A stretch of DNA of 64,000 nt. Source: Chiloscyllium plagiosum. Its lineage: Eukaryota. Position numbers and translations under genes: made by a program. Under the pieces are notes generated by a model. It worked only from the letters and a program-made list of their open reading frames with translations. It made no database searches and was not told where the DNA came from. How positions within the stretch are numbered: position 1 is the first letter of the stretch; the number at the start of each line of letters is the position of its first letter. Of the stretch, positions 25,355 through 37,567 are shown one piece after another. Location of the stretch: contig NC_057720.1 in NCBI RefSeq assembly GCF_004010195.1, positions 33,480,944 to 33,544,943 on the forward strand, written 5' to 3'.

Positions 25355-26035
25355 GTGATGGTACAGAGAACACCGAATGGAGAATTCACCACAAAGGTAT
25401 ACAGGAAAGACACTCACACAGACCAAGTCCTGAACTACGAAAGCAACCACCCCATCACACACAAAAGAAGTTGCATCAAGACACTGTTCAAAAGGGCCAC
25501 AACACACTGCAGTACACCAGAACTGCAAAAAGAGGAAGAAGAACACCTATACAATGTATCCGCTAAAAACAGATACCCACGCAATTTCATCAACAGATGC
25601 CGAAGGGAAAGACATCGGAACGAGGACATGCCACAACCCAAAGGACTAGCCTCACTATCATACATCAAGAACATTTCCGAACTGACAGCCAGACTACTGC
25701 GACCACTAGGACTCATAACAGCACACAAACCAACAGCCACTCTCAGACAACAACTCACCAGAATGAAGGACCCAATACCCAGCATGAGCAAAACCAATGT
25801 AGTGTACAAAATCCCATGCAAGGACTGCACAAAACACTACATAGGACAAACAGGAAGACAGCTAACTATCCGCATCCATGAACAACTAGCCACGAAACGA
25901 CACGACCAGCTATCCTTAGTAGCCACACACGCAGATGACAAGCAACATGAATTCGACTGGGACAGGACAAGCCAAACAGAGAACAGCCAGGGAATTTCTA
26001 GAGGCATGGCACTCATCCACCGATTCAATCAATAA
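25355..26035 (+). pseudogene. Penelope RT C-terminus + GIY-YIG endonuclease
   Basis: NVVYKIPCKDCTKHYIGQTGRQLTIRIHE motif. Confidence 0.9.
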
Positions 26036-26151
26036 GCACATCGACCTGGACCCAATATACTGGCCACTGCAACGGACAACTGGAAGCGACAGATTCAAAC
26101 CACTACAAATGCCGGAGGAATGATCACAGAAGCTTCACAGGAGGCTCCCAA

Positions 26152-26191
26152 GCACTGAGGATGTCACCTAGACAGGGGACGAAACGTCTGC
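26152..26191 (+). ncRNA. Minimal type-I hammerhead motif, sense to ATP6V0B intron 4
   Basis: GCA-CTGAGGA-T-GTCACCT-AGAC-AGGGGAC-GAAACGTC-TGC. Stem I is GCA/UGC; stem II is 6 bp with one A.G mismatch. Confidence 0.7.
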
Positions 26192-26719
26192 AACACAAAT
26201 TCCCAGCTCGGCGAACAGAACCACAAGAGACATGCATAAATTGAGTTTACAAAGGATATGTACTAAAAGAAGATATGTTTGGTTTGTTACTTTATTGAAA
26301 TGTAAAGTTTCTCTTCCCTCATCAACATGGAAATTGTGCATGTAGAAAACTGCAGTCTTATGGTGGTAATTTAGTTTGTCTCACCATTGAACAAAAGCAT
26401 GAATTTGATTCTTTACTCAAGGCTATTATTTTGGTGGAGTTTAAGATTTTTTTTTTTGAGAAATACTAAATCTCAAATTCTGTATACAAATTTATCTTAA
26501 GGCCACATCTGTGTGTGTGTTTCCAGTCTCCTAGTTGGCTGTTGTGCTATTCTATTCTATTGTGTGATTAAATCTGTTTAATTATCCTGTTACTTCTTGG
26601 GTTCAGTTGTTGATCATGTCATCTGAAGTGCATGATGTAGTGAATTATCAAGTTGCAAAATTATATTAAAGGGATCATTATGTGCCCCACAATATACCAA
26701 TTTTTCAAAACACTTGTTA

Positions 26720-27370
26720 TAGGAACACGAGTAGACCATTCAATCCATCAAGATTGTTCCACCATTCAATAAGATCATGGCTGTCCTGTGACCTAACTCC
26801 ATATACCTGCCTTTGGCCTATTTTCCTTAATATCTTTATGTAACAAACATTACCTGTCTAGAATTAACAACTGGTCCTGCATTCACTGTTGTTTGTGGAA
26901 GTGTTCCAATTATCTATTACCCTTTGTAGAAGTGCTTTCTAACATCTCCTGAATTGTCTGACCCTAATTTTCAGACTCTGCACCTTCGTTCTTGAATCCC
27001 CAATCAGTGGAATTAGTTTATTTTTATTCGGCCTTATCTTTTCCTGTTAATGGCTTGAAGAATTTGATCAGGTTACCCTGTAACCTCTAAATTCTGGAGA
27101 AAACAGGCCTAATATGTATAGTCTCTCCTCCAAACTTAACCCCTGAAATCCAGGTGCTATTCTTGTAAACTAATGTTGTAATTCCCGCAAGGGCAATATA
27201 TACTTGTAAAGGTATGATGCCCAGATCTGCTCATGGTATGAGTGGGATCTAACCAGTGTATCCTTGTTCTCCAGTCCTCCAGATATAGAGGCTAGCATTT
27301 CATTCATTTTTCTTGATTATTTTCTGCACTGGTTTGTGACATTTTTAAAGGTCTCTGCACCTGAACTCCA
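26720..27370 (-). mobile_element. Older CR1-family 3' region
   Basis: Reverse complement resembles a CR1 RT C-terminus and 3'UTR. Confidence 0.6.
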
Positions 27371-28016
27371 AAGTCTGTTTTGGACGTCAGCTTTGGTGGA
27401 TCCACTGTTAGCTTCCCCGTGACTTTCAGCAAGTTGACCCTCTTCTACTATAAATATGAGGCAAAATAATTATTCACCATCTCTGCCAATTTCACATAAT
27501 CATTGACAATATCCCCACTTTCAGTCTTTAGTGGGCCAGCATTGTTGCTCATCACCTCATTTCTTTTTATGTAACTGTAAAGTTTCTGTTATTGATCCTT
27601 TTAATAATCCTTTATAGGTGCTCTTATAGACTGCTATGTGGTCCTTTTTGTTTTTGTATCTTTCCCATTCAGTAGGATCTGTGCTTTTTTTTTGCATTTT
27701 TAAGCCCTTTCAGTTTTATGCTGTCCTTTATCTTTTTAGTTATCCACAGCTGTTTTCTGTGAAATGAAGATTCCACGCCCCCCCCCCCCAAAAGTATTAG
27801 CTGTTTTTGTATGATGTTAAATGTTTCTTCAAATACCCACTGTTCTTCAATTGTTTTACCCAGTCGAGTAGATTTTTCCCCAGTGTACCTTGGACAATCT
27901 GTCTCATCACACTGAAGCTCGCCTCGACTATATCTAAAACTCTAGCGACTGATTCATGCTTTTTGTTTTCAAATATGACATTGAACTCATCATGTTATGA
28001 GCCCTGACTGTTTGAC

Positions 28017-29265
28017 TCACTTCTCTTCTGTACCCGTCTCAGATTGATCTCTTTCCTCACTATCTCCTGGGTCCCACCCCCCTCTCCCCCGCACCCTCAC
28101 CTTACTAGTTTAAATCCTCCCAAGCAGTTCTAGCAAATTTCCCTGCCAGTATATTAGTCCCCTTCCAATTTCGGTGCAATCCACCCTTCTTGTACAGGTC
28201 ACTTCTACCCCAAAAGTGATTCCAATGATTCAAAAATGTGAATCCTTCATCCATACACCAGCTCCTCAGCCATGCATTCATCTGCTCTATCCTCTACGTT
28301 TTGTCATTTACATAAATGATTTGGAAGCGAGCATAAGAGGTACAGTTAGTAAGTTCGCAGATGACACCAAAATTGGAGGTGTAGTGGACAGCAAAGAGGG
28401 TTACCTCCGATTTCAACAGGATCTGGAGCAGATGGCCCAATGGGCTGAGAAGTGGCAGATGGAGTTTAATTCAGATAAATGCGAGGTGCTGCATTTTGGG
28501 AAAGCAAGTCTTAGCAGGACTTATACACTTAATGGTAAGGTCCTAGGGAGTGTTGCTGAACAAAGAGACCTTGGAGTGCAGGTTCATAGCTCCTTGAAAG
28601 TGGAGTCGCAGGTAGATAGGATAATGAAAAAGGTGTTTGGTATGCTTTCCTTTATTGGTCAGAGTATTGAGTACAGGAGTTGGGAGGTCATGTTGCGGCT
28701 GTACAGGAGATTGGTTAGGCCACTGTTGGAATATTGCATACAATTCTGGTCTCCTTCCTATCGGAAAGATGTTGTGAAACATGAAAGGATTCAGAAAAGA
28801 TTTACCAGGATGTTGCCAGGATTGGAGGATCTGAGCTACAGGGAAAGGCTGGACAGGCTGGGGCTGTTTTCCTTGGAGCATTGGAGGCTGAGGGGTGACC
28901 TTATAGAGGTTTACAAAATTGAGGGGCATGGATAGGATAAATAGACAAAGTCTTTTCCCTGGGGTCAGGGAGTCCAGAACTAGAGGGCATAGGTTTAGGG
29001 TGAGAGGGAAAAGATATAAAATAGACCTGAGGGGCCACTGTTTCATGCAGAGGGTGGTATGTGTATGGAATGAGCTGCCAGCTGATGTGGTGGAGGCTGG
29101 TACAATTGCAACATTTAAAAGGCATTTGGATGGGTATATGAATAGGAAGGGTTTGGAGGGTTATAGGCCGGGCACTGGCAGGTGGGACTAGATTGGGTTG
29201 GGATATCTGGTCGGCATGGACGGGTTGGACCGAAGGGTCTGTTTCCATGCTGTACATCTGTGACT
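28017..29265 (+). mobile_element. CR1/HER1-like LINE: + strand RT/3' end (about 28290-29265) preceded by an inverted upstream segment (about 28017-28290)
   Basis: ORF 28174..28935 has KFADDTK, WQMEFNSDKCEVLHFG and RPLLEYC. The 5' part looks like a CR1 ORF1 end on the minus strand. Confidence 0.8.
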
Positions 29266-29586
29266 GTATTTGATAAAAAATTCACCAACAATTAGGTTAC
29301 TGATTTGAGTCTAGCTCATTATTCATTTATCAAATCCAGTATTGCTTGTTACATTCTGGGCATATTGGCAAGACTATGTTTGTCCCTCCCTAGTTGCATT
29401 AACTAAATTATTTAAAGAGTCATTCTAAGGGCAATAAGAATGGACCTCATGCAGTGGACTAATTGTATGCAGTCCAAATAATATGAAAGCTTCCTAGATG
29501 GTTGTGGCAGATTCTTTTCCCTGCGTGTTGTTGAGCAAATGTCAGTTTTTGTTTAGTGACAATCTGCAAATATTTGCATATTTTCT

Positions 29587-30691
29587 TGATGTAGGTTTGC
29601 TCACCGAGCTGGAAGGTTCGTTTTCAGACATTTCATCAACATACTAGGTCACATCTTCAGTGCGCCTTGAACGAAGCAATGGTAGTGTAGCCCGCTTTCT
29701 GTTTGTGTGTTTTGGTTTCCTTGGGTTGGTGACACCATTTCCTATGGTGACACCATTTCCTATGGTGACACCATTTCCCATACTTTTTCTCAGAGTGTGA
29801 TAAATGGAATCCAAGTCAATGTGTTTGTTCTGGTTGGAATGCCATGCTTTCAGGAATTCTTGTTTGGCTTGTCCTCGGATGGATGTGTTGTCCTTCCTCA
29901 TCTGTATGTAAGGATATTGGTGTGAGAGGGTCATGTTGTTTTGTGGCTAGTTGATGTTCATGTATTCTAGTGGTTAGTCTTCTGTCTGTTTGTCCAATGT
30001 AATGTTTGTCACAGTTCTTGCAAAGTATTTTGTACATGACATTAGTTTTGCTTGTTGTCTGTACAGGGTCTTTCAAGTTCATTAGCTGCTGTTTTAGTGT
30101 GTTTGCGGGTTACCATGATGCCAAGAGGTCTGAGTAGTCTGGCAATCATTTCCGAGATATCTTTGATGTAGGGGAGAGTGGCGAGGGTTTCTGGACATGT
30201 TATGTCTGTTTGTTTGGGTTTGATGCTCGGGAATCAGCAGACTGTGTTCATTGAGTACCCGTTCTTTTTGAATACACTGTGTAGGTGATTTTCCTCTGCT
30301 CTGCATAGTTCCTCTGTGCTGCAGTGTGTGGTGACTCGTTGGACTAATGTTCTGATGCAGCTTCGTTTGTGGGTGTTGGGATGAATGTTTCTGTAGTTCA
30401 GTATTTGGACCGTATATGTTTTCCCATAGACACTGGTTTGAAGTTCCCCGTTGGCTTTTCGCTCTACTGACATCTAGGAAGTGATGTCACCACAGGAAAT
30501 GACATCACAAACTGAAGGAAACCAAAACACACAAACAGAAAGTGGGCTACATCACCATTGCTTCATTCGAGGCGCACTGAAGATGTTACCTAGTATGTTG
30601 ATAAAACATCTGAAAACGAACCTTCCAGCTCAGTGAACAAACCTACATCCAGAACCTCAACCTGAGCTACAAATCTTCTCAAAATGTGCTA
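29587..30691. mobile_element. Penelope-like element family B, 5'-truncated, with inverted pseudo-LTRs
   Basis: Minus-strand NVMYKILCKNCDKHYIGQT and HPNTHKRSCIRTL. Inverted termini 29587-29730 / 30485-30650. 15-bp TSD ATTTGCATATTTTCT (29572-29586 / 30692-30706). 18-bp unit GGTGACACCATTTCCTAT x3 at 29728-29780. Confidence 0.9.
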
Positions 30692-31693
30692 ATTTGCATA
30701 TTTTCTCAGATGTTAGAACAATGATTTATCTCAGTCATTTCATTTTCTCAAATTATTATGGAAGATAAAGTACTAAATAAGGTATAAAAGCATTGATTGT
30801 ATGAATAAAAATGCAATATCACTAAAGGTAGTTAAATGAAGATTCTGGAAACATGAAACAAAAATAGAAGTTGCTGGAAAAACTCTGGTTTGGCAGGATC
30901 CTCCAGAATGTTGAAATGGGTCACTGGATTCAAAATGTTAACTCCGCTTTCTCTCCGTTGATGCTTTTATGGCTTGCTAAGTTTCTCTAGCAATTTCTGT
31001 TTGTGTCCTAGAGACTAATAACGCAAGTTGAGGCCACAAAATATAAACAAACAATTGGGCTTCACTGGGGGGGGGGGGCGCGGCAAGACCAGAGAGGTCA
31101 TGTTACATATGGTTAGATTAACTTTGGAATATTCTGCACTATATTGATTTAAGTGTCACAATAAAAGGATATTGAGAGACTGAAAAAGGAAATAAGAATT
31201 AAACAGGAATAACTTTAATAAAGATTGGTCAGGCTGGAGATTCTATTTCTGGAAGAACTAACTACAAAGTTAAGTCAGAGTTTCTTAAAATTATGAAGGA
31301 TTTTAATATGGTTGATGCTTGCACTCTAGTCCAGAACTTTATGTATGAATATCAGCATTGAACAGTGGGGAAAAATGGTCAGTTTTTATATTGTGTACTC
31401 TACATGATGCACCTCTGAAATAACCAAGTTTCATATTACAGGAAATGTGCACAGTCTTGCGAGCTGAGGTGGTAAAATTTCGTTTGGGAAGAAAAAGAGA
31501 ACAATCTGAATGTAATAATCTTCAAGGAATGAGAATGCCAGAAGCAATGCTTAGAGAATTAAATATCTGTGAAAATCAGGGTTGGCAAGTTTTATGGTGA
31601 CTAGGGTAGCCATAATAATGGAGATGATAAACATAGCAGGTTGTCATTGCTCTACACCTCACCAGGAGTGACTTCTTACCATTTGTGTTGCAG

Positions 31694-31763
31694 CATCATT
31701 TTTTGTGAAGCTGTTGCAATTTATGGGATTATCATGGCTATTGTCATCAGTAATATGGCAGAG
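31694..31763 (+). CDS. ATP6V0B: ATP6V0B exon 5 (70 nt): (S)IIFCEAVAIYGIIMAIVISNMAE, contains proton-carrying Glu98
   Basis: TTGCAG acceptor, GTATGT donor, IIFCEAVAIYG motif. Seen inside ORF 31641..31889. Confidence 0.97.
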
Positions 31764-32095
31764 GTATGTGAAATTTTAATTTTAGTGTTACCTGAGATAC
31801 ATTTGTCAAAATCTGACCTGATCCATTTTGTAAAAATACAGTATACCATCTCCATCTTGATTAAAGCTGTAATATGTCTCATTCAATGAGTAATTCCAAT
31901 TTGCATATAACACTTGCCAATTAGTAATGTCTCTACATTGCTGTCCCCTCAAATATTGAACAGAAACTGGCTTTACAAGGCAATGGCAGTGTTGCTTATC
32001 TACATACTTCAAGGTGAAAGCTATCAATGATTTATATAAGTCATATGTTTTTGCCCGTGTAATAATGTGGCAAGGATGGCCCAATATTACTCAAA

Positions 32096-32332
32096 GTTCA
32101 AATCAGAGTGGTGCTGGAAAAGCACAGCAGGTCAGGCAGCATCCGAGGAGCAGGAAAATCGATGTTTCGGGCAAAACCCTCCACTCTGGATGCTTCCTGC
32201 CTCTATTCCTGATGAAATGCTTTTGCCCGAAATGTCGATTTTTCCTGATCCTCGGATGCTGCCTGACCTGTGCTTTTCTAACACCACACTGATCTAAACT
32301 CTGGTTTCCAGCATCTGCAGTCCTCACTTTTG
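32096..32332. mobile_element. Palindromic HHR family C mini-element (intron 5)
   Basis: Inverted arms. 15-bp TSD CCAATATTACTCAAA (32081-32095 / 32333-32347). Confidence 0.85.
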
Positions 32333-32902
32333 CCAATATTACTCAAATCTGAGTCACATGTGCTCCCTTGTTTCTGAACATATGCCGCATCTGTATTTCT
32401 AAAACACTTGCCTTAAGTCTCCCTGAGTCACATTTGTGCATATTTGGATTAACTGAAATTAACAGAATCTTGGGGCAAATTACCTGACTTTATACTTTGG
32501 GTGAAGAATAGTCTATGGTTTAGTGAGTTAAAATTGAGAAACAAGCAAATTAACTTGAATTTTTTTGCCCTAGACATGCTTTACTAGTTTTCTTAGGTAT
32601 AAGAATGTTGCTTCTTATTTCTGGAACCATGTCTCAGTTTACATGTCGCAACTAATACCACCTTTAAGAAAAGTATCCCCCAAATTCTTCACCGTTTGAG
32701 TATTTCTGTTTATTGTGTAAACAATGTTTTGAGGAGTAGTTAAAAGACTTTGTTAACAAAATAAATAAGATTACCTAATTCCAACAAAAACTGCCTTTTA
32801 CCAGAAATGCATGACTTTTGTTCAAATTAATAATTTGAAAGATGAGGAACTGGTTGCAAGTATTCAATTTTTACTACAATTTGCTTTTTCTGTTCTGCAT
32901 AG

Positions 32903-32954
32903 CCATTCAGTGGCACCACTCCTCAGACAATTGGAGCCAGGAATTATCAAGCAG
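32903..32954 (+). CDS. ATP6V0B: ATP6V0B exon 6 (52 nt): PFSGTTPQTIGARNYQA(G)
   Basis: Pyrimidine tract + CATAG acceptor, GTAGGT donor, phases fit exons 5 and 7. Confidence 0.93.
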
Positions 32955-33584
32955 GTAGGTTTTGTTTCTGTTGTACCAACTTAGTCCTTTGTATGCATTA
33001 TATTTGAAATGGTAATCTGTAGGCAGGGGTGTTTTTACCAGGAACCATTACTAATTGCTCCAGTTTTGGCAAGAAGGCTGTATAAATAGTGTCATCTCTG
33101 TTTCTTACCACTGAACTGGTCTGTGCCCACTCTTTGTGAGTTTTTCAGCTCTTTGGTATGTACAGACCATGTCCAACTAAAATAAAAGATGCAGTTCAGA
33201 GAAAATGTATTCAAACCACTGAATAACTGTTTGTAATGCTTCATTGCATAATTAATATCTTAGTACTGTTAGAACATTATACATTTAACACTCTAGGGAT
33301 GGCTTTTCATAATGGTCACCCTGACTAAATCAGCATGTTGTCTTTCCTTCAAATAAATCTCCTTTATTGGCTGTGGTGTTAACCAGAATTCAATCTTGGG
33401 GGAGTGAGATGGGGGATTGTAATTGACTTATAGTTTTGGGGGAGGGAAGAATAAGAACAAGAATGGACCGTTCCTTTGAGTCTGTTCTCTTCCTCTTTCT
33501 CCACTGCTTCTAGACATGTGAGCAGTGAAACTGAGAGGAAACCTTTGAGCTGTTTGCGATTACATTGTTGCTATCACTGAATAA

Positions 33585-33851
<267 letters not shown>

Positions 33852-33924
33852 TGACTTGCTAAGTTTCAGAAGAGGTGATTGGTAATCTGGAGTTTGGATT
33901 GTGCTTACTACTGAAATGATCTAG

Positions 33925-34240
33925 TTTCTGAACCAGGACAGAGGTGTCCAAAACTAGAGAACATAATTTTAATATGAGAGAGGAAAGATTTAAAGGAGCC
34001 TGAGGGGCAACTTTTTCCACACACAGTGATACATATATAGAACAAGCTGCCAGAGGAAGTGGTAGAGGTGGGAATAGTTACAAAATTCAAAAGCCTTTTG
34101 GACAGGTATGTGGATAGGAAGGGTTTAAAGGGGTAAGGACCCAAATGGAAGCAAATAGGATCAGCTCAGTTTAGGAAACCTGGTCAGCATGAACGAGTTA
34201 GGGCCAGTTTCCATGCTGTATATCTCTCTGACCGTATGAT
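33925..34240 (+). mobile_element. CR1 3' end (older subfamily)
   Basis: Similar to other CR1 3' ends, with a CTCTGACCGTATGA-type tail. Confidence 0.75.
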
Positions 34241-34443
34241 CTGCTCTGTTTCATATTATAATGGCAGGATCAGCCTAATTTACTATAATCCCAAACGACC
34301 TCATTCGAGCTCTCATCACTTTTCAGTTACTATCAGTGGCTTCTACATACACCGAGATGCCAAGCTCTCCCATTCCACTGCCTCTGCCTCTTAGGTGAAC
34401 TGACATTTCCTCCAGCTAAGTATTGTCCTAGGCTCCACAATGT

Positions 34444-34762
34444 GGGCGGCACGGTGGCACAGTGGTTAGCACTGCTGCCTCACAGCGCCAGAGACCCGGG
34501 TTCAATTCCCGCCTCAGGCGACTGACTGTGTGGAGTTTGCACGTTCTTCCCGTGTCTGCGTGGGTTTCCTCCGGGTGCTCCGGTTTCCTCCCACAGTCCA
34601 AAGATGTGCAGGGTCAGGTGAATTGGCCATACTAAATTGCCCGTAGTGTTAGGTAAGGGGTAAATGTAGGGGTATGGGTGGGTTTCGCTTCGGCGGGTCG
34701 GTGTGGACTTGTTGGGCCGAAGGGCCTGTTTCCACACTGTAATCTAATCTAATCGAATCTAA
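34444..34762 (+). mobile_element. HE1-like V-SINE, young full-length copy (intron 7)
   Basis: tRNA head, V-domain, (AATCT)n tail, short AATGT(G) TSD. Confidence 0.9.
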
Positions 34763-35695
34763 TGTGCATACTGCTGCTAGCACTTCTATCTCACGAGGCA
34801 TGTTTTAGTGAAGCCAATTGCTTGGTATCCTTGACAACTTGCTCAAAGTTCCAAACATCCTTCCTCAATAGATTTTCACCCCTCCACTTGGCTAATTCCA
34901 GCAACACATTTTCAGCTCTGATCTCCAGCATCTGCAGACCTCACTTTCTCCTAATTGCTACTGAAACCCATTTCAAGTTGCCTTGAAATGTTGAAGTTCT
35001 AATAGCCTATAACTCTTTTAACCAGCCTAATCCTATCATGCCAATTTTTCTTGACCATTGTTCCTGTCCTTGCCAACTTGCATTGTCTTCCGCTCACTTT
35101 TTTAAAAATCTCATTGTGATCAACCCCCTTCGAAGTCTTGCTATTTCATAAATCAGCAAACTTCTCCAGCTCTGTCACCACCTTAGAAGTTTCCATTCTT
35201 CTCATTCAGGCCTTTTTAATCCTGCGATTTATCAGCCATGTCTGCCCTCTGTGTTTACAATGTTCTCAAATTTCTCTGCTTCTCCATCTCTCAGCTTTTA
35301 AAAGCTAGCTCTTTCACCAAAACTTTTGATCACAATTTTTATTTCAGGAAAACATTCATTGTTTTGCTGACAGTTCTGTAAAACAGATGTTTGCTTCTTA
35401 AAATCATTATCTATTATCATTACGGCTTTGTTTTTGTGTGAATAGAATGTGCAGAGTTATGTCACGGACACTTATTGGTTCAATCTTAATATCCTATCCA
35501 TTTTGAAAAATGTTGAATATAGGGTTGAAAGGGAATTATACCCTTGAATGCGAATTACATTGCTTTATCAATGTAGAAGGAAGAATATATAATCTGTTTT
35601 TTAGTTAATAATATTATTTCTGTTCATTTATGCAAAGTTATAAATTACTTCTGCACTCAGTTATTGCTATAAAATAATTATTTTTTTTGTAACAG

Positions 35696-35722
35696 ACATC
35701 TAAAGTGAAAATGGGAGATTAG
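35696..35722 (+). CDS. ATP6V0B: ATP6V0B exon 8 coding part (27 nt): TSKVKMGD*
   Basis: T-tract + AACAG acceptor. C-terminus matches the vertebrate TS(R/K)VKMGD end. Spliced CDS totals 618 nt = 205 aa + stop. Confidence 0.95.
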   Translation, partial: TSKVKMGD

Positions 35723-36290
35723 CCATCATGAAGACATTGAAAATCCGAATTCTGGCAATGAGACCAAGATTTGCTGTATATAATTTATTTAAGTGTACAT
35801 TTTTCCAACATATTTGTGGTTTTTAACCCACCATTTGCTGAGGCGTGATTGTGACACAGTCTGAAGTGATTCCTGATCAGTTCTGCAAAATGGGCCAGGT
35901 GCTGTCCAGCAGTATTCCGTAGTTTAGTCTGTATTCTGATTAACATGCAAATGTGTAACCCATTTCAGATTCTAAATGGGGTGGAATAATGAGACAGAAT
36001 GTTGAAGACTACTCTTGCTGTCTCTTATAAATAGAGAGATTTATTTCTTATGGCCTTGTGCAAGACAGCAGCTGAAAATACCTGTGTTGAACTGTGACGA
36101 TGATAAAGAACCATCTGATAGATTTGCATTCGAGTTCTGTGGCTTCCAGTCATCAAATCTGCAATGGATGAGTTAAACAAAACTCACTTCCCATCAATTT
36201 GTGTACCTAAGTTGCACCTTTGTATGTTATATGTTTCTTGTAAATGTAATGGAGCAACTTGAGTGTTACACCGCAATGATAACCAGAAAA

Positions 36291-36296
36291 AATAAA
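36291..36296 (+). terminator. Candidate polyadenylation signal AATAAA for ATP6V0B (3'UTR about 0.6 kb)
   Basis: AATAAA about 570 nt after the stop, followed by GT/T-rich sequence (TGTTTATATGTGGGTTTG). Confidence 0.5.
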
Positions 36297-37395
36297 GTAC
36301 ATGTTTATATGTGGGTTTGCATCAAGCATTCACTTTCTGCACCCATCCTGCTCTGCTTTCCCCACTATACTTTTAAGAGAAACCAATTTTTATTAAATTT
36401 TGTGCTGGTCTGTTTTCATTTGCCTGCCTATTCATATTTGTATCTGGGTTGGATTAGTGCTTTCAACCATACCAATTGAATCGGAGTATTGGATTACTGA
36501 GAAAAAGTATCATTTCAGTGACTAGGGCAGTAAAAGTGTGTTGTACAACAGTGTTTAGGTCTCTTCACACTGAATCAGCTTTGGATAAATCAGGAAATAT
36601 AAACAGGCTGTAACTGCAAAGGGGAAAAGTAAGGGGTGGAGAAACTGAAAAGGTCTGGCAGTATCTATGGAGAGAGAAACCGTTAATGTTTTAAGTCCTA
36701 TAGGACCTGAGTTTCTCCAGCACTTCGTTATTTATTTCATATTCCCAACGTCCACCGTATTTTGTTTTTGTTATAACGAGTATTTTTTAAGCAGTAATGA
36801 AGATATAATATTTGAAAAAGTTAACTCCATCTAACTTGAGCTAATCAGTTGATCTGCCTCCTTTTGCGAGTAACAAATTTGTTGACTTATGCGGAACGAT
36901 CATGACTAATGGAGGCAAGTGATGGTTCTGGTTGAGTGTGAAATGCTCCTTTATGAACTGTTCTTGTAACCAACATGACTCTCTCTGCTGAGTGGAAGTT
37001 TAATCTGAAAATTTTCTCATGAATGTTGCCCTTCCACCTTAATGGATAAAAGTTTTGTGCCCGTTATAATTGCATATTATGCTTGCTTTTTTTTAAAATT
37101 TAACTGCAAGAACGTGTTAAGTCTCTTTGCCAATTAAGTTTTACCAACTTGACACATATCTTTCCTGTATTATAGAGGGAAAAATCTTGTGACACACTGA
37201 GTTATCAAATTAAATTTGGCATTTTCCCACAAGATACTAGGACGGATGATTAAAAAGCCTAGTCAAGTGGGTTTTAAGAACTTCCTAAAGAAAGAGAGAG
37301 ACGTGGCAGGATGTAGGGAACTAGTAGCAGAGGCATGACTGCCTGTGTGGATCGGCTAATATCAGGGATGCCAGAGAGGTCAGAGTGGGAGGAGA

Positions 37396-37567
37396 CAAAA
37401 CAACAAATGCTAGAGATCACAGCGTATCAGGCAGCATTATGGAGAGAGAGCAAGGTATCATTTTGAGTCTAGATGACTCTTCGTGGGTGTTGCCTGACCC
37501 ACTATGATCTCCAGCATTTATTGTTTTCAGTACGGATTCCAGCATATGCAACAATTTGCTCCTACAG
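37396..37567. mobile_element. Degenerate palindromic HHR-type mini-element; similar ones at about 17930-18125, 30835-31005 and 36615-36770
   Basis: Inverted family tails (ATGCTAGAGATCACAGCG..CAGGCAGCA / TGTTGCCTGACC..GATCTCCAGCAT). Remnant stem II GAGUC-AUCUA-GACUC. Confidence 0.65.

Larger units (their letters stand above)
22415..26227. mobile_element. Young composite Penelope-like element (family A): minus-strand unit between direct pseudo-LTRs plus an inverted plus-strand 3' copy
   Basis: Pseudo-LTR copies at about 22417-22620 and 24653-24842 (-). Inverted copy at 25131-26227 (+). PLE RT and GIY-YIG ORFs present. Confidence 0.92.

Noticed and set aside
29728..29780. Three 18-bp direct repeats, superficially array-like
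   Set aside because: Head-to-tail minisatellite in a Penelope 3' region. No spacers and a eukaryotic context, so not CRISPR.
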